From Anaeromyxobacter sp. (lineage in GTDB: Bacteria; Myxococcota; Myxococcia; Myxococcales; Anaeromyxobacteraceae), in the NCBI GenBank assembly GCA_049840735.1, contig JASGJN010000020.1, positions 512,001 through 576,000 of the forward strand: 64,000 nucleotides of DNA. The letters run 5' to 3'. A program made the translations under genes and the position numbers. The notes beneath the pieces are model-generated. The model was not told the DNA's origin and made no database searches. It saw only the letters and a list, made by a program, of their open reading frames with translations. Below, one piece after another: positions 17,612 to 28,301 of this stretch (its first letter is position 1; every line of letters begins with the position of its first letter).

Positions 17612-20052
17612 GTGGAACAGCCGGCGATCACCGCTCCCAAGGACGTCTCCAGCCTGCGCGCCAGCGGCAAGGCGCGCGCCAGCATCTCCGGCGCGCCGCT
17701 CTCGCCCGAGGAGCTGCTGCAGGTGGACCTCTTCTGGCGGGCCTGCAACTACCTCGCGGTGGGCATGATCTACCTGCAGCAGAACCCGCTGCTGCGCCGG
17801 CCGCTCGCGCCCGAGCAGATCAAGAACCGGATGCTCGGCCACTGGGGCGCCAGCCCGGCCCTCTCCTTCGTCTACACGCACCTGAACCGCGTCATCCGGC
17901 AGCGCGACCTGGACGCCATCTTCCTGGCCGGCCCGGGCCACGGCGCGCCCGGCGTGCTGGGCCCGGTCTACCTGGAGGGCACCTACTCCGAGGTCTATCC
18001 GGAGAAGGGGCTCGACGAGGAGGGGCTGGAGCGCTTCTTCAAGGAGTTCTCCTTCCCCGGCGGCGTCGGCAGCCACTGCACGCCCGAGACGCCCGGCTCC
18101 ATCCACGAGGGCGGCGAGCTGGGGTACGTGCTCTCCCACGCCTGCGGCGCCGCCTTCGACAACCCGGACCTGATCGTCGCCGCCGTGGTGGGCGACGGCG
18201 AGGCGGAGACCGGCCCGCTCGCCACCTCCTGGCACGTCAACAAGTTCCTCAACCCGGAGCGCGACGGCGCCGTGCTGCCGGTGCTGAACCTCAACGGCTA
18301 CAAGATCAACAACCCCACCCTGCTGGCCCGCATCTCCCACGAGGAGCTGGACGCGCTGCTGCGCGGCTACGGGTGGACGCCCTGCTTCGTGGAGGGCTCG
18401 GACCCGGAGTCGATGCACCAGGCCATGGCGGCCACGCTCGACCACTGCGTGGACGCCATCCGCGAGGCGCAGGCCATGGCGCGCCAGGGCGGCACCACCT
18501 TCCGCCCGCGCTGGCCCATGATCGTGCTGCGCTCGCCCAAGGGCTGGACCGCGCCGGCCGAGGTGGACGGCCACCAGCTCGAGGGCTCGTGGCGGGCGCA
18601 CCAGGTCCCATCGCCGACGTGAAGTCCAACCCGGCCCACCTGCAGCTGCTCGAGCGCTGGATGCGCAGCTACCGCCCGGAGGAGCTGTTCGACGCCAGCG
18701 GCGCCCCGGTCCCGCTCATCCGCGCCCACGCGCCCAGGGGGGCGCGCCGCATGGGCGCGAACCCGCACGCCAACGGCGGGCTGCTGAAGCGCCCGCTGCG
18801 GCTCCCCTCGTTCAAGGACTTCGCCGTCGAGGTGAAGGCGCCCGGCCAGTCCTACGCAGAGAACACGCGGCCGCTGGGCGCGTTCCTGGCCGAGGTGATG
18901 CGGCGCAACCGGGACAACTTCCGGGTCTTCGGCCCGGACGAGAACACCAGCAACAAGCTGACCGCGCTCTACCAGGCCACCAGGAAGCTGTGGCTGGAGG
19001 CGGCCTTCCCGGAGGACGCCGACGGCGCCGAGCTGGCCCGCGACGGCCGCGTGGTGGAGATGCTCTCCGAGCACACGCTGGAGGGGATGGTCGAGGGCTA
19101 CCTGCTCACCGGTCGCCACGCCTTCTTCTCGTCCTACGAGGCCTTCGTCCACGTGATCGACTCGATGTTCAACCAGCACGCCAAGTGGCTGGACATCTGC
19201 AACCGCATCTCCTGGCGCGAGGAGATCGCCTCCCACAACCTGCTGGTCACCTCCACCGTCTGGCGGCAGGACCACAACGGCTTCACCCACCAGGACCCGG
19301 GCTTCCTGGACGTGGTGGTGAACAAGAGCGCCCGCGTCACCCGCATCTACCTGCCGCCGGACGCGAACTGCCTGCTCTCGGTGGCCGATCACTGCCTGCG
19401 CTCCGAGAACTACGTGAACGTGATCGTCTCGGACAAGCAGAACCACCTCCAGTACCTCGACATGCAGGCCGCCGAGATCCACTGCACCAAGGGGATCGGC
19501 ATCTGGGACTGGGCCTCCTCCGACCAGGGGGCCGAGCCGGACGTGGTGGTGGCCACCGCCGGCGACATCCCCACGCTCGAGGCCCTGGCCGGCGTGGCCA
19601 TGCTGCGCGAGGCCTTCCCCGACCTGCGCATCCGCTTCGTGAACGTGGTGGACCTCTTCACGCTCCAGCCCGAGACCGAGCACCCACACGGCCTCTCCGA
19701 CCGGGACTTCGACTCGCTCTTCACCCTCGACCGGCCGGTGATCTTCAACTTCCACGGCTACCCGTGGCTCATCCACCGCCTGGCCTACCGCCGCGCCAAC
19801 CACGGCAACTTCCACGTCCGCGGCTACAAGGAGAAGGGCAACATCAACACGCCGCTCGAGCTGGCCATCTCCAACCAGATCGACCGCTTCTCCATCGCCA
19901 TCGACGTCATCGACCGCGTGGCGCGGCTGCGGGTGGCCGGCGCGCACGTCAAGGAGGCGCTGCGCAACCGGCAGATCGGCTGCCGCCTCTTCGCCCACGA
20001 GCACGGCATCGACCCGCCGGACATCGTGGGCTGGAGGTGGCCGGGGAAGTGA
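17612..20052 (+). CDS. xfp: Xylulose-5-P/fructose-6-P phosphoketolase; frameshift near 18608
   Basis: [23 protein letters not shown] motif [30 protein letters not shown]; one missing base joins HQVP to [11 protein letters not shown]. Confidence 0.93.
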
Positions 20053-20055
20053 GGA

Positions 20056-20376
20056 TCAGGGCAGGTCGCCCTGCCCACCCTGCGTGGCGGGATCCGGCTG
20101 CAGCACCTGGGCCGGGCTCTCCATGTCCGCCAGCGGGATGACCTCGTAGCGGGCGTAGTTGTAGACCGGCGCCGCCGCCAGCAGCCGCTCCAGCTCCTCG
20201 TTGGAGTCCACGTCGTAGATCCAGGCGCCGCCGTGCTTGCCGACCACGTGGTAGCGCTTGTCCAGCTTGCGCCGCGCGATGACGTCCTTGGCGTAGTCGG
20301 GCATCCGCAGCACCGCCTGCACCAGCGCGGCGCTGAGCGGCCGCACGTCCAGCTCCCACAGCACCAGGAACTTCAC
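20056..20376 (-). CDS. Small muconolactone-isomerase-like / DUF3303-like dimeric alpha-beta barrel protein
   Basis: MKFLVLW start; GGAWIYDVDSNEELERLL...P...YEVIPLAD pattern. Confidence 0.6.
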   Translation of the reverse strand: MKFLVLWELDVRPLSAALVQAVLRMPDYAKDVIARRKLDKRYHVVGKHGGAWIYDVDSNEELERLLAAAPVYNYARYEVIPLADMESPAQVLQPDPATQGGQGDLP

Positions 20377-22181
20377 GGCTCGAACCCTCCTGCCGGCGGC
20401 GGCGCGGCCCCACCGAGCGCCCGCTCACCGCGGGCCCGCCGGATCGCCGGCCCGCGCGCCAGCCGCTCCAGCTCCGCCGCCAGCAGCCGCCGGTAGCGGT
20501 CCAGCATCCCGTCCCGCCGCCTCCGCTCCGGCCCGTCCGGCTCGGCTGCGGCGGCGTAGCTCCAGCGCCCCACCTCCAGCGCCGCCAGGCAGGTCCGGTA
20601 GAACGGCAGGGCCGACGGGTCCGCCCCCGGGCCGGCCTGCCGCGCCGCCTCCGCCAGGCGCAGCGCCTCCCCCTCCGTCAGCCCCAGCTCCAGCTGGGCG
20701 CCCGCCACGTCCCAGAGCGCGTCCTGGCAGCCGGCGCGGTCGTGGCCGGCGTGGTGATCCACCCCGTCCGCCTTGGCCAGCCGCCCATCGCCGCGGACCA
20801 GCCACTCCCAGGCCTGGAGCTTCCCGTCCACCTCGACCGGTCTCGCCTCGCGCTCCAGCGCCGGGAGGTACGCCTCCAGCCGGCGCGCCGTCTCGCCCGC
20901 CTCCGGGCCCAGCGCCTCCGCCGCGTTCGCGCAGGCCAGCGCCGCCAGCCGGGCCGGGCTCGCCCCCTCCCAGCCCTCGCGCGGGCGGGCCGCCGAGAGC
21001 GTCACCAGCCGCCGCGCCGCCTCGCGGAGCGCCGGTCGCGGCGCGCCGGCCAGCGGCAGCGGGCGCGCGTCCTCCAGCCAGCGCTCGAAGAGCAGCCCGT
21101 GGCGGAGCGCCAGCGGCGGCGCGGCCAGCCCCACCGCGGCCAGCGCCCTGGCGCGCGCCAGCTTCAGCTCGCCCGTGCGCCCGAGCCCCGCGAAGCGGGC
21201 CAGCACCGGCCCCAGCTCCGCGCGCAGGAGCCACTTGCGCCGCTCCATCCAGCCCTGGCTCGGCGGCCACGCCGCCCCGGCCGCGCCGAACAGGCGCGCG
21301 CGCCAGGCGCCGCCCGCGAGGTCCTCCTCGAGGTGCGCGCGCCCCAGCACGTCCTCCGCCAGCCGCGCCAGCCCGAGCGGCCCCGGCGGCATCAGCAGCC
21401 GCTCCAGCGGCACGAAGTGACGGGGCAGCGCCTGGTAGAGCGCGAGGATCTCCGGCGAGGCCTGCGACCCCGGCGGCCAGGGGTGGCTGGTGAAGAGGTG
21501 CACCCGGCCCGGCGCCGCGCCGGCCTCCAGCAGCGCGGTCGCCACCGCGGCGAGGGAGGAGCCCGAGAGCCCCGGCCCCTCGTCCACCACCGCCACGCGC
21601 GCGCCCGCCGCGGCCGCCCTCCGGAGCGGCGCCGGCAGCGAGAGGCTGCGCTGGTAGGGGTGGCCAGCCGGGCGGACCGAGCAGGGCACCGCGCGGGAGC
21701 CCGCGCCCGCCGCCACCATGGCCGCCAGCGCCGTGCCGATGGAGCGCAGCCCCACCACCAGCGGCGGATCGGCCGCCAGCTCCTGCCCGGCCAGCGCGTA
21801 GGTCTCCGGGTAGAGCGCGTACAGCCCGAACCCCTCTGCGCGCCGGGTGCGGATCCGGTCGGGGAGCGGGTGGCCGAGCAACGTCGCGAGCAGCCGCGGG
21901 CCTGGCGCGGGGACCCGCCCGCCGGCGCGCCAGGACCGCCAGAGCGCGCGGCCCAGGCGGGAAGCCACCCGCATCGAGCCCCGGGCCGCCCCGTCCTCCG
22001 CCCCGCCCTCGGCGTCGCCCAGCCCCTGCGCCAGCTCTCCGGCGCGGGCCAGGCAGGCGCCCAGCGCGGCGTGGCGCTGCGGGCCGGCCGGCGCCCGGGA
22101 CGCCGAGAGCAGCGCGGCGGCCAGCTCCTCCGCCACGTCCCGGGGCGCCTCCAGCCGCTCGCGATCGCCGAAGAACTCCAC
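20373..22181 (-). CDS. Conserved hypothetical protein with a PRTase-like motif and a kinase/APH-like C-terminal region
   Basis: EGFGLYALYPE, VVGLRSIG, VVDEGPGLSGSS (PRPP-loop-like), ERRKW, VDGKLQAWEW, WDVAGA. Confidence 0.7.
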   Translation of the reverse strand: MEFFGDRERLEAPRDVAEELAAALLSASRAPAGPQRHAALGACLARAGELAQGLGDAEGGAEDGAARGSMRVASRLGRALWRSWRAGGRVPAPGPRLLATLLGHPLPDRIRTRRAEGFGLYALYPETYALAGQELAADPPLVVGLRSIGTALAAMVAAGAGSRAVPCSVRPAGHPYQRSLSLPAPLRRAAAAGARVAVVDEGPGLSGSSLAAVATALLEAGAAPGRVHLFTSHPWPPGSQASPEILALYQALPRHFVPLERLLMPPGPLGLARLAEDVLGRAHLEEDLAGGAWRARLFGAAGAAWPPSQGWMERRKWLLRAELGPVLARFAGLGRTGELKLARARALAAVGLAAPPLALRHGLLFERWLEDARPLPLAGAPRPALREAARRLVTLSAARPREGWEGASPARLAALACANAAEALGPEAGETARRLEAYLPALEREARPVEVDGKLQAWEWLVRGDGRLAKADGVDHHAGHDRAGCQDALWDVAGAQLELGLTEGEALRLAEAARQAGPGADPSALPFYRTCLAALEVGRWSYAAAAEPDGPERRRRDGMLDRYRRLLAAELERLARGPAIRRARGERALGGAAPPPAGGFEP

Positions 22182-22338
22182 CCGGTGATGTTGCTACCGG
22201 TCCGGGGCCCACGGCAGCCCGCGCCCGGGGCGCGGTCGGCCTCGGCGAGCGTACATCCTGGGTGCTCGAGGCCTGGACGGGCGGCGGCGGCGAGCCGACC
22301 TCACCGACGCCGGCCGGTCGCCGTGCCGTGGCCCCAGC

Positions 22339-22636
22339 TCAGAGCTCCGCCCACTCCCGCCCGCCCAGCGCGGGCGGGAGCTGCGGCGGCTCGAGCGCGG
22401 GTGGCTCGGCCAGGGCCCGCGCCGCCTGCGCCGAGGCCAGGCCCCGCAGCTCCACCGGCCGGCCGGTCCGGCGCAGCGCGCCGGCCAGCAGCGACAGCTC
22501 GTGGTCCCGCACCCGCTGGCCCCGCAGATCGACCCGCACGCGCGCGCCGGGGGGAGCGGCCTCCACGGCCTCGACGATCTCCTCCACCGCCTGCGCATCC
22601 AGCGTCCCGTCCGCCCGGGCGATCTCCCAGCAGCAT
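22339..22636 (-). CDS. Small STAS-like protein; probable frameshift just after the start
   Basis: GAGAGG RBS then ATG CTG CTG; removing one G gives MLLEIARADGTLDAQAVEEIVEAV...VRVDLRG...LRGL, a STAS-like pattern. Confidence 0.4.
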
Positions 22637-22819
22637 GGGCACCTCTCGATTGGTCCTGCTCCCATAGCCCTGCAACCCGCGGGCGACCATCCGAAACTCC
22701 CGCCGCCTCCCCCGCTCCCTTCCTAGGCAGCGGCCAGGCGAGCAGGCCTGGGACGGCTGCGACGACGCCGCGTGTCAGCGCGCACCCCTCCCGGCCAGGG
22801 CCGGTGCTAGAACACGGCC

Positions 22820-24775
22820 GTGACCCTCCTCCACGCTGCCGGGCTGCGGCTGACCTTCGGCAGCCGCGCCGTCTTCGACGACCTCACCCTCACCATCGAG
22901 GAGGGCGAGCGGGTCGGCCTCATCGGCGTGAACGGCTCGGGCAAGTCCTCGCTCATGCGCATCCTGGCGCGGGCCGCCGAGCCGGACCGGGGCGAGGTGC
23001 AGCTCCGCCGCGGCGCCACCGTCACCTACCTGCCCCAGGAGCCGCAGTTCGCAGAGGGGGCCACCGTCGCCTCCGAGCTGGAGGTGGCCCGCGCGCCGCT
23101 GAAGGCCGCGCTCGACGCCCACGCGGCGCTGGCGGCGCGGCTCGGGTCCGAGCGCGACCCCGCCTCGCACGACCGGCTGCTGGCCGAGCTGGCCGTCTTC
23201 TCCGACCGGGTGGAGCACCTGGGCGGCTGGGACACATCGCACGAGGCGCGGCGGCTGCTCGATCGCCTGGGAGTGAAGGACTGGGACCGGCCGGTGGCCG
23301 AGCTGTCCGGCGGCGCCCGCAAGCGCGTGGCCATCGCCCGCGCCCTGCTCACCCGCCCCGACCTGCTGCTGCTGGACGAGCCCACCAACCACCTCGACGC
23401 CGACACGGTGGACTGGCTGGAGGAGGAGCTGGACCAGCACCGCGGCGCGCTCCTGCTGGTCACCCACGACCGCTACTTCCTGGACGACCTGGTGGACCGG
23501 ATCGTGGAGATCACGCCGGGCGCGGGCGTGACCAGCTACCCGGGCAACTACGAGGCCTACCTCGAGCAGAAGCTGGAGGCGGAGGCCCTGGCGGCGGACG
23601 CCCAGCACAAGCGCGACCGATGGATTGCCCAGGAGGTGGCCTGGCTGCGGCGGGGCGTGGAGGCCCGGCGCACCAAGAGCAAGGCCCGCATCGACCGGGC
23701 CCGCAAGCTCATGGCCGAGCGCGGCTTCGCGCGGCCCAAGGTGGCCGGCCTGCAGATCGCGCCGCCGCCGCGCCTCTCGCAGATCGTCATCGAGGCCAAG
23801 GGGATTGCCAAGCGGTTCGGCGAGCGGACGGTCCTGCGCGCCGTCGACTTCAACCTGCAGCGCGGCGAGCGGGTGGGCATCGTCGGCCCCAACGGCGTGG
23901 GCAAGACCACCTTCCTGCGCGTGCTGCTGGGCGAGCTGCCGCCCGACCAGGGCGAGGTGGTGGCCGGCAAGCGGACGCGGGTCGCCTACTACGACCAGCA
24001 GCGGACCCGGCTGGACCCGGAGCAGACCGTCTACGAGGTCGCCGGCGGCTCTCCGCCGGGCCGGACCGGCGAGGACTTCATCGAGCTGTCCGGCCGCCGG
24101 GTGGCGCTGCGCGACTACCTCGACGACCTGCTCTTCCCGCCCACCACCCAGCGCATGCAGGTGAAGGCGCTCTCCGGCGGCGAGCGCAACCGGCTCCTGC
24201 TGGCCAAGCTCTTCCTCGAGGGGGCCAACGTGCTGGTGCTGGACGAGCCCACCAACGACCTCGACCTGGTCACGCTCAACGTGCTGGAGCGGCTGCTGCT
24301 CGACTTCGACGGCTCGGTGCTGCTGGTCACCCACGACCGCTACTTCCTCGACAAGGTGGCCACCGCCATCCTGGCCTTCGAGGGGGACGGCCACGCGGTC
24401 CGCTACCCCGGCAACTACGAGCTCTACCGGACGCTCAAGGAGCAGGGCGAGGCCGCCGCCCGCGCCGAGGCCGCCGCGACGGCCCCCGAGCGCCGGACCG
24501 CGCCGCCGCCCACCGCGGCCGCGCCGGCGGAGCGGCCGCGCAAGCCGGGCAAGCTCTCCTTCAAGGAGCAGCGGGAGCTGGAGGGCATCGAGCCCGCCAT
24601 CCTGGCCGCCGAGGAGCGCAAGGGGGCGCTGGAGGCGGCGCTGGCCGACCCCGCCACCTACCAGAAGGACGGCGCCGCCGTGGCCGGGCTGCGGGCCGAG
24701 CTGGAGCAGGTCACCGGCGAGGTGGAGCGGCTCTACGCGCGCTGGCAGGCGCTGGAGGCCGTGCGGGGCGGCTGA
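22820..24775 (+). CDS. uup: ABC-F ATPase, Uup-like
   Basis: Two ABC domains (GVNGSGKS, GPNGVGKT), ARRTKSKARI linker, C-terminal KLSFKEQREL...LYARW domain. Confidence 0.9.
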   Translation: MTLLHAAGLRLTFGSRAVFDDLTLTIEEGERVGLIGVNGSGKSSLMRILARAAEPDRGEVQLRRGATVTYLPQEPQFAEGATVASELEVARAPLKAALDAHAALAARLGSERDPASHDRLLAELAVFSDRVEHLGGWDTSHEARRLLDRLGVKDWDRPVAELSGGARKRVAIARALLTRPDLLLLDEPTNHLDADTVDWLEEELDQHRGALLLVTHDRYFLDDLVDRIVEITPGAGVTSYPGNYEAYLEQKLEAEALAADAQHKRDRWIAQEVAWLRRGVEARRTKSKARIDRARKLMAERGFARPKVAGLQIAPPPRLSQIVIEAKGIAKRFGERTVLRAVDFNLQRGERVGIVGPNGVGKTTFLRVLLGELPPDQGEVVAGKRTRVAYYDQQRTRLDPEQTVYEVAGGSPPGRTGEDFIELSGRRVALRDYLDDLLFPPTTQRMQVKALSGGERNRLLLAKLFLEGANVLVLDEPTNDLDLVTLNVLERLLLDFDGSVLLVTHDRYFLDKVATAILAFEGDGHAVRYPGNYELYRTLKEQGEAAARAEAAATAPERRTAPPPTAAAPAERPRKPGKLSFKEQRELEGIEPAILAAEERKGALEAALADPATYQKDGAAVAGLRAELEQVTGEVERLYARWQALEAVRGG

Positions 24776-24892
24776 GCAGCCTGTGGAGCACCACCAAGGA
24801 GCGACCCCGGGCCCGCCCCGACCGACGGGGCTCCCCGCAACTCCCCGTCATGACGCCGCGCATCATCCTAGGATCTCCGCGGAGGTGCACCC

Positions 24893-25123
24893 ATGACGAC
24901 CCGGATGCAAAAGGCCGAACCCGTGAAGCGTGACCTCGCCGCCCTGGGCAACACGATCCAGGACGCCGGGCGGTCGATCGCGAAGCTGGCCAGGGACACC
25001 GTCACCGGCGCCGCCGAGGGAGCCATCGGCATGGCCGACGACGCGCTGGCGGCCGCCCGCGGGAAGCTGAAGGGCGCGCGCGCCCGCCTGCACAAGCCGT
25101 CGCACAAGCCACGCGTCTCCTGA
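24893..25123 (+). CDS. Small hypothetical helical protein
   Basis: GGAGG RBS; 76-aa ORF with GC3-biased codons. Confidence 0.45.
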   Translation: MTTRMQKAEPVKRDLAALGNTIQDAGRSIAKLARDTVTGAAEGAIGMADDALAAARGKLKGARARLHKPSHKPRVS

Positions 25124-25195
25124 GCTCGCGCCGGCGGCGGAGGGACCGTGAGGTGGCGCGTGACGGCGACCCGCCGCCGTGGTTTGCTGCCCCCG

Positions 25196-25707
25196 ATGCT
25201 CCGCCCTTCCGCCCGGCGCCTGCCGGCCGCGCTCTCCGCCGCGCTGCTCCTCGCCCTGTCCCTGGCCCCGGCCGGCTGCCGCCAGGGCGCCCCCGGCCGC
25301 ACCGGGACCTACGACAGCCGCAGATCCCCGACCGCGAGAAGCGGCTGGAGATCATGCGGCGCTACTACAAGCCGGTCACGCCGGTGGAGGACACCGTCTT
25401 CCACATCGACTACTGGGACAACAGCGCCGGCGTGGTCACCGGTCCGTCCGACGGCGAGCTGCGCATCGTGCTGCGGGTGCCGCGGGAGCGGGTGGACGAG
25501 TGGACCCGGTCCTTCGAGGCCAACCTCCCGCGCCGCGCGGCGCCGGGACCGCTCGGCGACCCGGAGCTCTCCTGGGCCCGGCCGCTGATGGACGCGGCAG
25601 GCTGGAAGCCGCCGGCGACCGACGCCGTGGTCTACGCCCAGGGGGACTCCATCCGCGCCGTCTTCGAGCAAGGCGGGATCGTGATCGTCCGCGAGATCAC
25701 GCACTGA
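25196..25707 (+). CDS. Hypothetical lipoprotein; frameshift near 25320
   Basis: Signal peptide ending APAGC in one frame; globular part (QIPDREKRLEIMRRYY...GPSDG...) in another frame. Confidence 0.55.
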
Positions 25708-25709
25708 CC

Positions 25710-27533
25710 TCAGGGCCGCGCGCGCGCCAGCAGGCCGCACACCGCCTGGATCAGCGCCGCCGACTCGAACGGCTTCTCGAGGAAGGCCGTCTCCGCCTCC
25801 GCCGCCGGGACCCCCTCGCGGCCGTAGCCGGAGATGACCAGCGCCGGCAGCCCGGGGCGCAGCGCCCTCAGCCGCTCCAGCAGCTCGCGCCCGCCCATGG
25901 CCGGCATGGCCAGGTCGGTGACCAGGAGCTCGAACCGGCCCGCCTTCCGCTCCCACTCCAGCAGCGCGTCCTGCCCGTGCCGCGCCGCGGTCACCTGCAT
26001 CCCGGCCCGGACCAGGATGCGGACCAGCGACCCGCGCACCGCCGCCTCGTCCTCCACCACCAGGACCGGGATGCCTGCCAGGCTGCGCGCCGGGACGGCG
26101 GCCTCCCCGCCCGGCTCGGCCTGCTCCGCCGCCACGAGCGGCAGCTCGACGGTCACCGCGGTGCCCTGGCCAGGCGCCGAGGAGAGCTCCACCGCGCCGC
26201 CGGCCTGGGCCGCGAACCCGTGCACCATGGCCAGCCCCAGCCCCGTCCCCTCGCCCGGCGCCTTGGTGGTGAAGAAGGGCTCGAAGGCCCGGGCGCGGGT
26301 GGCGTCGTCCATGCCCAGGCCCGTGTCGGTGACCGTCAGGGTGGCGAACGGCTCCCGCTCGCGCAGGGTGCGCCCCACCTCCAGCGTCAGGGTCCCGCCC
26401 GCCGGCATCGCGTCGCGGGCGTTGACCGCCAGGTTGATGATGGCCTGCTGCAGCTGGCCCGGATCGACCCGCACCCGCACCGGCCCATGCGCCGGGAGGA
26501 CGAACAGGCCGATGCCGGGCGGCAGGAGCCGGCGCAGCATCCGCTCCACCTCGGCCGCGGCCTGGTTCAGGTCCACCACCCGCGCCTCGAAGACGCTCCG
26601 GCGACCGAAGGCCAGCAGCTGGCGCGTGAGGCCCGCCCCCTTCCGCGCGGCGACCAGGATCTCCTCGACGTCGCCTCGCGCGACGTGCCCCTGCGGCAGG
26701 CCATCCAGCGCCAGCTCCGCGCAGGAGAGGATCACCGCCAGCAGGTTGTTGAAGTCGTGGGCCACGCCGCCCGCCACCCGCCCCACCGCCTCCAGCCGCT
26801 GCGCCGCCCGCAGCGCCTCCTCGGCCTCGCGCTGCGCGCTGACGTCCTCCAGGATCACCACGTCGAAGCGGGGAGCGCCGGCCTCGTCGAGGACCGCCGC
26901 CAGCGTGGCGCTGGCGTGCGCCACCCGGCCGTCCCTGCGGATGCAGCGGAGGTCGACGCGCCGCGGCGCCGCGGCGCTGCCCGCGGCCGCGATCAGCGGC
27001 CGGTCCTCCGGGTGGGCCACCGCCTCCAGGCCGGCCTGGCGCAGCTCCTCCAGGGAGCGCCCGGTGAAGGCCTGCAGCGCCGGGTTCGCGTCCTGGATCC
27101 GGCCGTCCGGCCCGCGCAGCGCGATGCCCAGCGGCCCGTGGTCGAACACGGCCCGGAAGCGCGAAGCGCTCTCCCGCAGCGCCTCCTCGGCCCGCCTCCG
27201 CTCGGTGACCTCGGAGAAGAAGATCCCCGGCCCATCCGGCGACGGGAAGACGCGGTTCTCGAACCAGCAATCCCAGGGTGGGTAGTAGTCCTCGAAGAAG
27301 ACCGGCTGCTGGGTGGCCAGCGCCCGCTCGTAGTGGCGGTGGAACGGCTGGCCGACGCCCTCCGGGAACTCCGTCCAGATGTGCTTGCCCACCAGCGCGG
27401 CGGGGTCGCGCCGGAACAGCTCGCCGGCGCGCGCGTTGACGTACACGTACCGCCAGTCGCGATCGAGCGCGACGAACGCGTCGGTCATGCGCTCCAGCGT
27501 GTCGCGGAGCAGCTCGTACGACGGGGGGCTCAC
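25710..27533 (-). CDS. PAS-PAS hybrid sensor histidine kinase / receiver
   Basis: Two PAS domains, H-box VAHDFNN, NARDAM, FFTTK...GTGLGL, receiver LVVEDE...TDLAMP. Confidence 0.95.
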   Translation of the reverse strand: MSPPSYELLRDTLERMTDAFVALDRDWRYVYVNARAGELFRRDPAALVGKHIWTEFPEGVGQPFHRHYERALATQQPVFFEDYYPPWDCWFENRVFPSPDGPGIFFSEVTERRRAEEALRESASRFRAVFDHGPLGIALRGPDGRIQDANPALQAFTGRSLEELRQAGLEAVAHPEDRPLIAAAGSAAAPRRVDLRCIRRDGRVAHASATLAAVLDEAGAPRFDVVILEDVSAQREAEEALRAAQRLEAVGRVAGGVAHDFNNLLAVILSCAELALDGLPQGHVARGDVEEILVAARKGAGLTRQLLAFGRRSVFEARVVDLNQAAAEVERMLRRLLPPGIGLFVLPAHGPVRVRVDPGQLQQAIINLAVNARDAMPAGGTLTLEVGRTLREREPFATLTVTDTGLGMDDATRARAFEPFFTTKAPGEGTGLGLAMVHGFAAQAGGAVELSSAPGQGTAVTVELPLVAAEQAEPGGEAAVPARSLAGIPVLVVEDEAAVRGSLVRILVRAGMQVTAARHGQDALLEWERKAGRFELLVTDLAMPAMGGRELLERLRALRPGLPALVISGYGREGVPAAEAETAFLEKPFESAALIQAVCGLLARARP

Positions 27534-27602
27534 ACCCCGCCCATCCTAGCTCCCCTCGCCGCGGAGCGCGCGCGCGGGCCCTGGGCCACCGGCGACCCAG
27601 GC

Positions 27603-28142
27603 CTACTGCTGCCCCGCCGCCATCATGTCGCCCCACCCGCCCTCGACCATGGCCTTGGCCTTCCAGGCCCCGCCCTTGCGGATCACCACCAGGCCGCTGG
27701 TGCCGGTGACCTTGCCCTTGCCCATCTTCATGGTCCAGGGCGTGCCCACCAGCGCCAGCGAGTCCGAGATCAGCACGATGGTGGGCTTGGCGTAGGAGGT
27801 CATGCCGGCGGGCATGGGCTGCGCGTAGAACGGCTTCATGGTCTCGATCCACTGCTCGCGGGTCCAGGCCTCGCCGCCGGCCTCGCCCTTGGCGTCGTCG
27901 GTGACCATCAGCACCGGGAAGTCGACCAGCGCGGCGGCGGCCTCCAGGTCGCCCTTCTCCGACGCGGCCTGCATCTGCTTGAAGAACGCCGCCAGCTCCT
28001 TGCGATCCTTGTCGGCGTGCTTCACCACCGGCGGCTTCCAGCCGCCCATGGGATCGCTGCCGGTGGAGGGCTGCTCGGCCAGGGCGGGCAGCGCGAGGAG
28101 GACGGTGGCCGCCAGGAGCGCGGCGCGGGGCGCGTGGGACAT
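27603..28142 (-). CDS. Exported NTF2/SnoaL-like fold protein
   Basis: Signal peptide (LALPALA); helix then beta pattern ending GAWKAKAMVEGGW. Confidence 0.6.
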   Translation of the reverse strand: MSHAPRAALLAATVLLALPALAEQPSTGSDPMGGWKPPVVKHADKDRKELAAFFKQMQAASEKGDLEAAAALVDFPVLMVTDDAKGEAGGEAWTREQWIETMKPFYAQPMPAGMTSYAKPTIVLISDSLALVGTPWTMKMGKGKVTGTSGLVVIRKGGAWKAKAMVEGGWGDMMAAGQQ

Positions 28143-28301
28143 GATGGACTCCGGGTGAACAGGTGTGAGCGTTAACCTCATCGCGGCACCAGGGCGCCGC
28201 CGCGCACCGCGCGGGGCATGCCCCGACCAGGCCGCCGGGCCCGAGCGGGGCTGGCCGGACCTGCTGCGGCCGGATACCTCCAGCCACCACTGGAGGCGGA
28301 C

